From Anaerolineaceae bacterium UBA3924 (GTDB taxonomy: Bacteria > Chloroflexota > Anaerolineae > Anaerolineales > Anaerolineaceae): DNA of 64,000 bases. The translations under genes were made by a program, and so were the position numbers. Location: positions 31,257 to 95,256 of the forward strand of contig DGEO01000037.1 of NCBI GenBank assembly GCA_002385985.1, given 5' to 3'. Below are positions 55,920-64,000 of the stretch, piece after piece (within the stretch, counting starts at the first letter, position 1; each line of letters opens with the position of its first letter). Below the pieces are notes generated by a model. That model was not told the DNA's origin. It ran no database searches and saw nothing but the letters and a program-made list of their open reading frames with translations.

Positions 55920-56843
55920 TTAGCGGCTGCGGGCTGCATTCAATGCGTGCAGTAGATCCGGCGGCAGGGGCGCTTCAAAGGTTCGCGGCTCCTTTTCGCC
56001 GGGCAGTGTGATCGTCAGACGGGCGGCGTGCAGAAAGTGCCGCTTCAGCGGCAGGCTGGGCTTGCGGCGGCCGTACACTTTATCTCCGGCGATGGGACAG
56101 CCCACAAAAGCCAGGTGCAGGCGGATCTGGTGGGTACGGCCGGTGAGCGGATGCGCCTCCACCAGCGTGTGCTCGGCCATGGATTCCAGCGTCAGGTACT
56201 CGGTCACCGCATCGCGGCCTTTCTTATCAGGCACAATCGCCATACGCTTGCGCTGGCTCGTATCCCGCCCGATGGCCGCTTCGATGCGGCCGGAGGGCGT
56301 CGGCGGAGCGCCGTCTACCAGCGCCAGGTACACCTTCTTGACCGTCCGCTGGCGGAACTGGTCCTGCAGCCAGCGGTGCGTGCGGTCGTCCTTGGCCAGC
56401 AGGATCAGGCCGGATGTGTCCTTGTCCAGGCGGTGGACAATCCCCGGCCGGCGCTCTCCCCCGATTCCTTCCATCTCAGGCGCATGGGCCAGCGCCGCGT
56501 GGACCAGCGTGCCGGTGTCATGCCCGGCAGCCGGATGCACCACCATCCCGGCAGGTTTATTCACCACCATCAGGCGCTCGTCTTCATAGACGATGTCCAG
56601 GGGGATCTTCTCCGGCACCAGGTCGGTTGGCTCCGGCTCCGGAATGGCTATGCGAATATCATCACCCGGCTCCAACAGGTACCCGGGCTTGGTGACCACC
56701 TTGCCCCGCACCACTGCTTTGCCGTCTTTGATCAGCGCTTGCAGCCGGGAGCGTGACTGATCCGGCAGCTGCCCGACCAGATACCGGTCCAGCCGCTCTT
56801 TGTCAGTTCCGCTGTAGACAAAATCGAAGGTTACGCCGCTCAC
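55920..56843 (-). CDS. rluD: RluA-family 23S rRNA pseudouridine synthase (RluD-like)
   Basis: S4 domain N-terminus and catalytic [13 protein letters not shown] start overlaps the lspA stop. Confidence 0.88.
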   Translation of the reverse strand: MSGVTFDFVYSGTDKERLDRYLVGQLPDQSRSRLQALIKDGKAVVRGKVVTKPGYLLEPGDDIRIAIPEPEPTDLVPEKIPLDIVYEDERLMVVNKPAGMVVHPAAGHDTGTLVHAALAHAPEMEGIGGERRPGIVHRLDKDTSGLILLAKDDRTHRWLQDQFRQRTVKKVYLALVDGAPPTPSGRIEAAIGRDTSQRKRMAIVPDKKGRDAVTEYLTLESMAEHTLVEAHPLTGRTHQIRLHLAFVGCPIAGDKVYGRRKPSLPLKRHFLHAARLTITLPGEKEPRTFEAPLPPDLLHALNAARSR

Positions 56844-57385
56844 CCGTTTTCCTCGATGTGTGTCGAAACGCCCGTTTCCTCATCCGCTTCGCCGGGTTCC
56901 GCCACCATGGCGGCAGCCCGCTTTTCCTGCAGCCAGACCGCCAGGATCAGCACCCCCACGCCAACCGTAATGCTGGCGTCGGCAATATTGAATACCGGGA
57001 AGGTGCCGATGTAAATAAAATCAGTCACGTAGCCCTGCGCCACCCGGTCGATCAGGTTGCCCACCGCCCCGGCCAGCTGAAGCCCCAGCGCCAGCCGCAG
57101 GAGCCAGTCCTCGCGCGCCACGCGGGGATAATAGACCAGGATGGCCACAGAAACGATGGCCGATAGCACGGCGAAGACCGGTCCCAGCCCCTGGAACATG
57201 CCAAAGGCGACGCCTGTATTCTGCCAGTTGACGATGCGCACAAAATCGGCCAGTGCAGGCCAGGGCGCCCACTGCGCTCCGAAGTCGAGTGTCTCCCGGA
57301 CCCAGCTCTTGGTCAGCTGGTCGGCCAGGATGATCAGGCCGGAAAAGAGGAGTAAAGGCCCGTACGTGCGAATAAGATTCTTCAA
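56840..57385 (-). CDS. lspA: lipoprotein signal peptidase (signal peptidase II)
   Basis: 181 aa. Contains ADQLTKSWV, NTGVAFG and FPVFNIADASI. Confidence 0.88.
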   Translation of the reverse strand: MKNLIRTYGPLLLFSGLIILADQLTKSWVRETLDFGAQWAPWPALADFVRIVNWQNTGVAFGMFQGLGPVFAVLSAIVSVAILVYYPRVAREDWLLRLALGLQLAGAVGNLIDRVAQGYVTDFIYIGTFPVFNIADASITVGVGVLILAVWLQEKRAAAMVAEPGEADEETGVSTHIEENG

Positions 57386-57460
57386 AAAGCAAGCCTCCTG
57401 ACGGCGCAGTCTTCAAGTACCGTATTGTAACAGCTAGTCTGCCTGTTCGCCATGAAGGTT

Positions 57461-57934
57461 CTACCCCGCTGCTCTGCCGGGGACGAACTGGCAAGCCTGA
57501 GCCGCCTGCAGGACCGCCCGGTGAAGCCCGTCCCAGGTCAGCTTTTCCGGTGTCCAGAGCAGGTGAGCCGGGCAGCCGCCGGTGCAGTCCGATGCGCCGA
57601 ACCCGCGCACGGGAAAGGTCCAGCCGTCCCCCGACCGGGCCAGCGCCTGCAGCCAACGGCATTCCAGCCGCTCCGGGCCGGCATGCCACCAGGCCGCCTC
57701 CCAGCGGACCCATGGCCGCAGGTAGTCCAGGTGCCAGTGCGGGCGGCTGCTGCCCTCCAGGTGATGCCTCAGCCTGGCTTTCAGCCCGCCCGGCCCCAGC
57801 GCGGAGCCGGCATAAAGCAGTACACCCGGCTGGAAAGCAGCCATCCCCAGCCGGCCCACCGGTAGTTCCACCGGTCGGGACAGCCGCCCGGCCAGCACAT
57901 AGGTTCCGGGCGCGGCGGGGATGGCTTCAAGCAT
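57461..57934 (-). CDS. DUF123 / GIY-YIG-superfamily (Slx1-like) protein
   Basis: 157 aa. GTYVL...LLYAGSA.GPGGLKARLRHHL....HWHLDYL matches the DUF123 pattern. Confidence 0.65.
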   Translation of the reverse strand: MLEAIPAAPGTYVLAGRLSRPVELPVGRLGMAAFQPGVLLYAGSALGPGGLKARLRHHLEGSSRPHWHLDYLRPWVRWEAAWWHAGPERLECRWLQALARSGDGWTFPVRGFGASDCTGGCPAHLLWTPEKLTWDGLHRAVLQAAQACQFVPGRAAG

Positions 57935-57995
57935 GGTGACCTCATAATCCGGCGCGGGAAGTCAATCAACCACCCGCGCCGGTATTTGGACTTGA

Positions 57996-60900
57996 TCAGG
58001 CTTTCTGAATGCCGATGGTCAGCGACTCGCCGTCGAACGTATCGCTCGCCGCTGCCTGGCCGGGTTCGGGCTGGCCGGCCCGCAGCTCGACCATCAACGT
58101 CTCAGACATGATGTAGTCCCGGAAGTCCTCGATGGCACGAGCCAGCTCCTCCGTCGCGCTGTAGGTGCAGCGGATGCGGTCCGCGATCTCGAAGTTGGCC
58201 TGTTTACGCAGGTCCTGCACCCGGCGGACCACTTCCCTGGCCAGGCCTTCGCGGACCAGCTCGGGAGTCAGGTCGGTGACCAGCGCAGCCAGGTACGGTC
58301 CTTCCGAAGCCACCGCGAACCCGGAGCGGGCCTGCAGGCGCACTTCCACTTCCTCCGGCAGGATCTCGTATACCTCGCCGTCCAGCGACACCTTGAGCGG
58401 CTGGCCTTCCAGCAGCGTCTTTGCCGCCGTCTCCGGGTCCTGCTCAAGGATAGCCTTGCGCAGTGAGGGGAACAGCTTGCCGTACTTCTGGCCCAGCTGC
58501 TTGGGCAGTGGGTTCAACGAGTAGGACACCGCTTCACCGGCAGCGGAAAGCGGGCGAATGTGCTTGACGTTCAGCTCATCCTCGAGGATGTCGTGGTAAT
58601 CCTCCAACACGCGGGCCTCGTCCGCCGAGCCGACCGAGAAAGCGGCCTCAGCCAGCGGCTGGCGGACCTTGCGATTGGCCTTGTTGCGCGCCGCATGACC
58701 CACCGAAGCCAGCTTCATCACCAGCTCCATGTCACGGTTGAGCTTCTCGTCGATCACGCTCTCGTCGTACGTAGGCCAGTCGGTCAGATGCACCGAGATG
58801 GGCGCGTTCTCGTCCACCGAGCGCACCAGATTCTGGTAAAGCTCCTCCGCCATGAAGGGCATGGTCGGGGCGAGCAGCTTGCTCAGCGTGACCAGCGCCT
58901 CATACAGCGTGGCATAAGCGGCCTGCTTGTCGGTATCGGCCTCGCTCTTCCAGAAGCGGCGGCGCGAGCGGCGCAGGTACCAGTTGGAAAGCTGGTCGAC
59001 AAAGGTTTCCACCGGCCGGGTGGCGCCCAGCACGTCGTAATTCTCCAGCGCCTGGGTCACGTCGCGCACCAGCGCGTGCAGGCTCGAGCGCAGCCAGCGG
59101 TCCAGCGGGCTGTAATCCGGCTTCACGCTCGGATCCGGCTTCCACTTGTCCAGGTTGGCGTAGGTCACCAGGAAGGAGTAGGTGTTCCACAGTGTAAGGG
59201 TAAAGTTGCGCACCACCTCGCTCACCAGGTCCGAGGAGAAGCGACGTTCCTGTCCCGGAGGGCTGGCGGTGTACAGGTACCAGCGCATGGCATCCGCGCC
59301 GTTTTCGTTGATCACCTCCCACGGGCTGACCACGTTTCCCCGCGACTTGGACATCTTCTGTCCCTCGCCGTCGAGGATCAGGCCCAGGCAGATCACGTTC
59401 TTGAAGCTGACGCTGTCAAACAACAGCGTGCTGATGGCGTGCAGCGAATAGAACCAACCACGGGTCTGGTCCACCGCCTCGCAGATGAAATCCGCCGGGA
59501 AATGAGCCTTGAACTCCTCCAGATTTTCGAAGGGGTAGTGCCACTGTGCGACCGGCATGGAACCGGAGTCGAACCACACGTCGATCAGCTCCGGCACGCG
59601 GCGCATCAGCCCACTGCAGTCCGGGCAGGCGAAGGTAATCTCATCGACGTACGGCCGGTGCATGTCCAGCCCGGTCAAGTCGCGCCCGGCTTTCTCGGAC
59701 AGCTCCGCCACCGAGCCGACAGCATCCTGCCGGTGGCAGCTGTCGCACTCCCACACGGGCAGCGGGGTGCCCCAGTAGCGCTCGCGCCCCAGCGCCCAGT
59801 CGACGTTGTTCTCCAGCCAGTTGCCGAAGCGGCCGTACTTGATGTGCCCCGGGTACCAGTTGATCTCCTCGTTCAGTGCAACAAGACGTTCCTTGAAGCG
59901 GCTGGTGCGGATATACCAGGTCGGCCGGGCATAGTACAGCAGCGGGGTGCCGCAGCGCCAGCAGAAAGGATAGGTGTGGGTGTAGGTTCCCGCGCGGAAG
60001 AGCAGTCCGCGGGTTGCCAGGTCCTGGATGATGAAGGGGTCGGCATCCTTGACGAACTTACCGGCCCAGGGGCGCACGGCGGCGATGAAAGTCCCGTCCT
60101 CCGCCACGGTCTGCAGGATGGGCAGATCATTCTCCAGGCCGACATTCATGTCATCCGCGCCGAAGGCTGGAGCGATGTGCACCAGGCCGGTGCCGTCCTC
60201 GGTGCTGACGAAGCTGCCCAGCACCACGTAGTACGCCGGCTTTTCGGTGGGCAGGAAGGTGAACAGCGGCTGGTAGCGCTTTCCTTTGAGCTGGCGGCCC
60301 TTGAGACGCTCCACCACCTTCACCGGCTCCTCGCCGAACACGCTGCCCAGCAGCGCTTCCGCCAGGATCAGCTTCTCGGTGCCGCCTTCCGGCAGGGTGC
60401 GCTCGACGCGGACATAGTCGACATCCGCGCCGGCGGCCACGCACACGTTCGCGGGCAGCGTCCACGGCGTGGTGGTCCACACCAGCAGCGAGGTGTCCGG
60501 CTCGTCGACCAGCGGCATGCGCACGTACACCGAAGGGTCTTCCGCCTGCCGGTAGCCCTGGGCGACCTCATGATCGGAGAGCGGCGTGCCGCAGCGCGGG
60601 CAGTACGGGACCACTTTGAAGCCCTGGTAGAGCAGATCCTTGTCCCACAGCTGCTTGAGAATCCACCAGACGGATTCAATGTACTCGTTGGTATAGGTAA
60701 TATACGCTTCGTCCAGGTCGACCCAGTAGGCGATGCGGTCGGTGAGCTTCTCCCATTCCTGGATGTACTCAAAGGCCGACTCGCGGCACAGCGCGTTGAA
60801 CTTCGCAATGCCGTACTCTTCGATCTGCTGCTTGTTGGTGAACCCGAGCTTGCGCTCGACTTCAATCTCCACCGGCAGGCCGTGCGTATCCCAGCCGCCG

Positions 60901-61145
60901 CGCCGCGAGACGTGGTAGCCGCGCATGGTCTTGTAGCGGGGGAAGATGTCCTTGAAGGCCCGGGCCAGAACATGGTGCACGCCGGGGCGGCCGTTGGCGG
61001 TCGGCGGGCCTTCAAAGAAGACATACTCTTCATTCCCCTCGCGCTGGGCCAGGGATTTGTGGAAGATGTCGTGCGACTTCCAGTAGCGCAGAACACCTTC
61101 CTCCAACAGGGTCAAATTGAGCTTTGGTGATACAGGACGAAACAT
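57996..61145 (-). CDS. ileS: isoleucine--tRNA ligase (type 2)
   Basis: 1049 aa. HIGH region PTANGRPGVHH, KMSKS, a CP1 editing domain and Zn-ribbon CPRCG / CWRCG / CDSC / CPDC motifs. AAGGAG SD upstream. Confidence 0.95.
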   Translation of the reverse strand: MFRPVSPKLNLTLLEEGVLRYWKSHDIFHKSLAQREGNEEYVFFEGPPTANGRPGVHHVLARAFKDIFPRYKTMRGYHVSRRGGWDTHGLPVEIEVERKLGFTNKQQIEEYGIAKFNALCRESAFEYIQEWEKLTDRIAYWVDLDEAYITYTNEYIESVWWILKQLWDKDLLYQGFKVVPYCPRCGTPLSDHEVAQGYRQAEDPSVYVRMPLVDEPDTSLLVWTTTPWTLPANVCVAAGADVDYVRVERTLPEGGTEKLILAEALLGSVFGEEPVKVVERLKGRQLKGKRYQPLFTFLPTEKPAYYVVLGSFVSTEDGTGLVHIAPAFGADDMNVGLENDLPILQTVAEDGTFIAAVRPWAGKFVKDADPFIIQDLATRGLLFRAGTYTHTYPFCWRCGTPLLYYARPTWYIRTSRFKERLVALNEEINWYPGHIKYGRFGNWLENNVDWALGRERYWGTPLPVWECDSCHRQDAVGSVAELSEKAGRDLTGLDMHRPYVDEITFACPDCSGLMRRVPELIDVWFDSGSMPVAQWHYPFENLEEFKAHFPADFICEAVDQTRGWFYSLHAISTLLFDSVSFKNVICLGLILDGEGQKMSKSRGNVVSPWEVINENGADAMRWYLYTASPPGQERRFSSDLVSEVVRNFTLTLWNTYSFLVTYANLDKWKPDPSVKPDYSPLDRWLRSSLHALVRDVTQALENYDVLGATRPVETFVDQLSNWYLRRSRRRFWKSEADTDKQAAYATLYEALVTLSKLLAPTMPFMAEELYQNLVRSVDENAPISVHLTDWPTYDESVIDEKLNRDMELVMKLASVGHAARNKANRKVRQPLAEAAFSVGSADEARVLEDYHDILEDELNVKHIRPLSAAGEAVSYSLNPLPKQLGQKYGKLFPSLRKAILEQDPETAAKTLLEGQPLKVSLDGEVYEILPEEVEVRLQARSGFAVASEGPYLAALVTDLTPELVREGLAREVVRRVQDLRKQANFEIADRIRCTYSATEELARAIEDFRDYIMSETLMVELRAGQPEPGQAAASDTFDGESLTIGIQKA

Positions 61146-61472
61146 AAAATCTCCTTACATACCGGCTGAGGTAGCTGCAAAATAAAAACTCCCGTCCTGT
61201 CAGGGACGAGAGTCAAGATCTCGCGGTACCACCCTACTTCCCGCCAAAGGCGAGCACTCGGTCAGGCACGACCCGGCGTACCGGTGGATGCCTGCGCCCC
61301 GGATAACGGTGGGCGAGTCCGGCGCACTTACTGGCGGGAACTCCCGCGTTCAGATTGCAACTCCGGAAGGATTTTCCGCCTGCGGGTCTTGCCCGGCTCA
61401 CACCATTTCCAGGCTCGCTGTCAGCGCCTTGCAGGCGTACTCGTTTCCATCAGCGCTTTTCGCGTATAGAGT
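61146..61472 (-). promoter_or_regulatory. T-box riboswitch leader of ileS
   Basis: Minus strand carries the conserved T-box GGGUGGUACCGCG (61234-61222). The Stem I base has a GA/K-turn-like GCGCUGAUGG...AGUA. Ile AUC triplets occur at 61372-61370 and 61355-61353. A terminator hairpin with a U-tract precedes the SD. Confidence 0.8.
61178..61212 (-). terminator. T-box expression-platform terminator
   Basis: Minus strand CUCUCGUCC-CUGACA-GGACGGGAG followed by UUUUUAUUUU. The 5' arm overlaps the 3' part of the T-box, so it competes with the antiterminator. Confidence 0.7.
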
Positions 61473-61478
61473 GCCCAA

Positions 61479-61507
61479 ATTATGACACATGCCCGGCGCG
61501 AAGTCAA
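61479..61507 (-). promoter_or_regulatory. sigma70 promoter of the ileS T-box leader
   Basis: On the minus strand: TTGACT (61507-61502), 17-nt spacer, CATAAT (61484-61479). It lies directly after the nth stop. Confidence 0.6.
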
Positions 61508-61511
61508 TAGT

Positions 61512-62177
61512 TCAGCGGTGCGCCGTCACCCCAACCCTCGGGCACATGCTCTCCACCGGGCAGGTGGAGCACTTCGGCCGACGCCAGGTGCAGATGTGCT
61601 TCCCGAAGGGCATGCCGATCTGGTTGATCTCCACCCAGTATTCTTTCGGCAGCACCTCTTCCAGCGCCCGGGTGGTCATCTCCGGCGAGCGTGTTTGAAT
61701 ATAGCCCCAGCGGTTGACCACCCGGTGCACGTGAGCGTCCACGCCGATGAAGGGCATCCCGCAGGCGATCGCCAGGGCCAGGTGCGCGCACTTTATCCCC
61801 ACCCCCGGCAGGGCGGTCAGCGCTTCAACCTCGCAGGGCAGCTCGCCGCCGTAGTTTCGCAGCGCCAGCCCGGCGATCTCCTTCATCTGGCGGGCCTTTC
61901 GCTCTGAAAACTGGCTGGGGCGGATCAGCGCTTCGATCTGCTCAACCTCCAGCGCGTCCAGCTGCTCCGGCGTGCGCGCGGCAGCGAACAGCGCCCGGGA
62001 CCGGATCAGGGTGACTTCATCCAGCGTGCGAATGGAGATGATGCAGGCCAACAGCATCTCAAACACCGAGCGGTAGCCCTCCTCGGCCAGCTCAAACATG
62101 GCCGCCTTCGGGTACGCCTGCATGCGCTCCCGGATACGGTCCATCGCCCGGTGGATGTCAAACGGCTCTGAGGGCAT
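61512..62177 (-). CDS. nth: endonuclease III (HhH-GPD DNA glycosylase with [4Fe-4S])
   Basis: HhH LPGVGIKCA, catalytic D in VDAHVHRV, and cluster loop CTWRRPKCSTCPVESMC. Confidence 0.88.
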   Translation of the reverse strand: MPSEPFDIHRAMDRIRERMQAYPKAAMFELAEEGYRSVFEMLLACIISIRTLDEVTLIRSRALFAAARTPEQLDALEVEQIEALIRPSQFSERKARQMKEIAGLALRNYGGELPCEVEALTALPGVGIKCAHLALAIACGMPFIGVDAHVHRVVNRWGYIQTRSPEMTTRALEEVLPKEYWVEINQIGMPFGKHICTWRRPKCSTCPVESMCPRVGVTAHR

Positions 62178-62216
62178 GTTTCCTCCCCCCTCCCCCGGCC
62201 GCGGCCTGGATGCTGG

Positions 62217-62690
62217 CTACCAGTCTTCGGCCAGAATCTCCTCGCGCTTGCGCCGGTATTCGCTTTCGGTGATCAGCCCGTCCTGGCGCAGCTTCTCCAG
62301 GCGGCGCAGCTTTTCGTCAAAGGGAAGCTCTCCGCCAGCCTGTCCGGCCCCCAGGGCGTCCTTCAGCCCGGCCTCTTCCACCGCATCCTGCAGCATGCCC
62401 CCGGCCATGCGGGACCACGGCTCGACGTCTCGCCGCGCCTGCTGCGGGTCGAGCACAACGCCGGATCCAGCCAGCCCGCGCGCTCCAATCGAGCGCAGAA
62501 ATGCGCCGAAGACGATTAAGCCCATGCCGATCAAAGCGCGGGCCATCATCCCTTCCATGCTCGGGAACCCGCCGCCGAAGGCAACAAAGAAGTTGGAAAG
62601 GAAGACCAGGAAGCCGATGCCCATCAGCCCCATGCCCAGATAGTAGGCGGCTTTTCGGTCTGGTGAAACGTCTCGAGTGGGTTCGCCCAT
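62217..62690 (-). CDS. membrane protein with C-terminal SHOCT domain
   Basis: 157 aa with two TM helices, then KLRRLEKLRQDGLITESEYRRKREEIL (SHOCT pattern). Confidence 0.6.
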   Translation of the reverse strand: MGEPTRDVSPDRKAAYYLGMGLMGIGFLVFLSNFFVAFGGGFPSMEGMMARALIGMGLIVFGAFLRSIGARGLAGSGVVLDPQQARRDVEPWSRMAGGMLQDAVEEAGLKDALGAGQAGGELPFDEKLRRLEKLRQDGLITESEYRRKREEILAEDW

Positions 62691-62693
62691 TCG

Positions 62694-64000
62694 TTACTCT
62701 TTCTGCAGAATGTCCTGCTCCGTAATCACACCGTAGAACAGCGGCAGCGGCTCCACAGGCTCCGCTGAGAACTGGTGGGCCGCCAGCAGGCGTTCGACCG
62801 CTGCGTCCAGCTTTTCCTGCGAGCTGGCGTGCACGGTGAACAGCGGCTGGCCCTGCTCCACACGGTCCCCCACCTTGCGGTGGACGACAATCCCGACCGC
62901 CGGATCGATCGGGTCGCCTTTCTTGACCCGCCCGGCCCCCAGCTGAACCGAGGTTTCGCCCACCTCGCGGGCGTTGATGACAGCCAGGTAGCCGCTCTGC
63001 GGGGCGGGAACGATTTCCTTCAGCGGCGCTTCTGGAAGGCGGTCGGGTTCCTCCACCACGCGCACGTCGCCGCCCTGCGCCTGAACCAGCTGCTTGAACC
63101 GCCCCCAGGCCTGCCCGCTGACGAGCGCCTCTTCAGCCTTTGCGCGGGCCTCGTCCAGGCTGCCGGCCTTGCGGCCCAGCATGAGCATATGCGCGGCGGC
63201 CACCAGGCAGTGCTCGCGGAAGTCCTCCGGCCCGCCGCCGTGCAGCGTGTCGATCGCCTCGCGCACTTCCAGCGCGTTCCCCACCGCGTTCCCCAGCGGC
63301 TGGTTCATATCCGACAGCAGCGCGATGGTCTGCCGGCCGCTGCGCTGGCCGATGGCGACCATCAGGCGGGCCAGCTCACTGGCCGAGTCAAGCGTCTGCA
63401 TGAAGGCGCCCAGCCCGACCTTGACGTCCAGCAGGATGGCCTGCGCCCCGGCGGCAATCTTCTTGCTCATGATGGAAGAAGCGATCAGCGGGATGGAGGG
63501 TACCGTGCCGGTCACGTCCCGAAGAGCGTACAGCTTGCCGTCCGCTGGAGCCAGCTCGCCGGTCTGACCGGTCAGCACCATGCCGTAGCGCTTCAAATGA
63601 TCCAGGAATTCTTCACGGGATAAATTCGTGCGAAAGCCGGGGATGGACTCGAGCTTATCCAGCGTGCCGCCGCTGAATCCCAGCCCGCGGCCGGACATCT
63701 TGCCCACCGGCAGCCCGCAGGCAGCCACGATCGGCTCGACCACCAGCGTGGTCTTGTCTCCCACGCCTCCGGTGGAGTGCTTGTCCACCGCCAGCGGCAC
63801 CACCCCGGACAGGTCCAGCACTGTGCCGGAATGGGCCATGGCCAGGGTCAAATCGGTTGTCTCCTGAGCGCTCATTCCGTTGAGCAGGACCGCCATTGCC
63901 CACGCCGACACCTGGTAGTCAGGGATCTCTCCGCTGGTAATCCCCCGCACGAAGAACTCGATCTCCTCCCGGGTCAGCTCCAGCCCGTCCCGTTTCTTCA
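62694..64000 (-). CDS. pdp: pyrimidine-nucleoside (thymidine) phosphorylase, 5' end beyond window
   Basis: The frame stays open to nt 64000 ([37 protein letters not shown]...). Contains [10 protein letters not shown] and [15 protein letters not shown]. The track's M at 63950 is an internal GTG. Confidence 0.88.
   Translation of the reverse strand, partial: KKRDGLELTREEIEFFVRGITSGEIPDYQVSAWAMAVLLNGMSAQETTDLTLAMAHSGTVLDLSGVVPLAVDKHSTGGVGDKTTLVVEPIVAACGLPVGKMSGRGLGFSGGTLDKLESIPGFRTNLSREEFLDHLKRYGMVLTGQTGELAPADGKLYALRDVTGTVPSIPLIASSIMSKKIAAGAQAILLDVKVGLGAFMQTLDSASELARLMVAIGQRSGRQTIALLSDMNQPLGNAVGNALEVREAIDTLHGGGPEDFREHCLVAAAHMLMLGRKAGSLDEARAKAEEALVSGQAWGRFKQLVQAQGGDVRVVEEPDRLPEAPLKEIVPAPQSGYLAVINAREVGETSVQLGAGRVKKGDPIDPAVGIVVHRKVGDRVEQGQPLFTVHASSQEKLDAAVERLLAAHQFSAEPVEPLPLFYGVITEQDILQKE

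Noticed and set aside
58560-61130. 856-aa ORF on the + strand opposite ileS
   Set aside because: It is antisense to ileS, which has a full-length motif match (HIGH, KMSKS). It is a shadow ORF.
39018-64000. Three nucleoside phosphorylases (mtnP 39018, punA 52104, pdp 62694) as a salvage island
   Set aside because: They are 10-13 kb apart, lie on different strands or in different operons, and are interspersed with unrelated housekeeping genes. I see no evidence of a functional cluster.

Overview
High-GC, densely coding bacterial chromosomal segment. Gene content suggests a Chloroflexota (Anaerolineae-like) genome, but that is inference; no search was run. I call about 62 protein genes, one tRNA (anticodon CAT) and one T-box leader upstream of ileS, plus several sigma70-like promoters, repressor operators and intrinsic terminators. 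I saw no rRNA, CRISPR array, transposase, integrase or prophage signature. Most genes are housekeeping: gnd, parAB, ftsK, secG, lgt, lspA, rluD, ileS, nth, rtcB/archease and three dispersed nucleoside phosphorylases. Many long ORFs in the six-frame track are antisense shadows typical of high-GC DNA and were discarded. Many track ORFs also carry spurious N-terminal extensions, which I trimmed to starts with an SD or a coupled overlap. Five regions deserve a second look. (1) 7064-14901 is a LacI-controlled modular corrinoid methyl-transfer locus. It resembles a disassembled MetH in which a URO-D-family methyltransferase replaces the folate module. (2) 39881-42505 is a SEDS polymerase fused to a class-B-PBP-like domain in which all three transpeptidase catalytic motifs are substituted. 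(3) 23532-29441 holds a histidine kinase with an MshEN-like (c-di-GMP-binding type) N-terminus, a second kinase and a response regulator. These are followed by an orphan CpaF ATPase coupled to a 98-aa unknown protein and trailed by a double-HTH and a TPR protein. (4) 1803-2472 is an AT-rich gap with a strong promoter, a long leader and a 55-aa sORF. (5) A tandem-GNAT gene at about 29447 has a conserved N-terminus but no canonical start codon. Every family assignment is by-eye motif recognition and needs HMM/BLAST confirmation.
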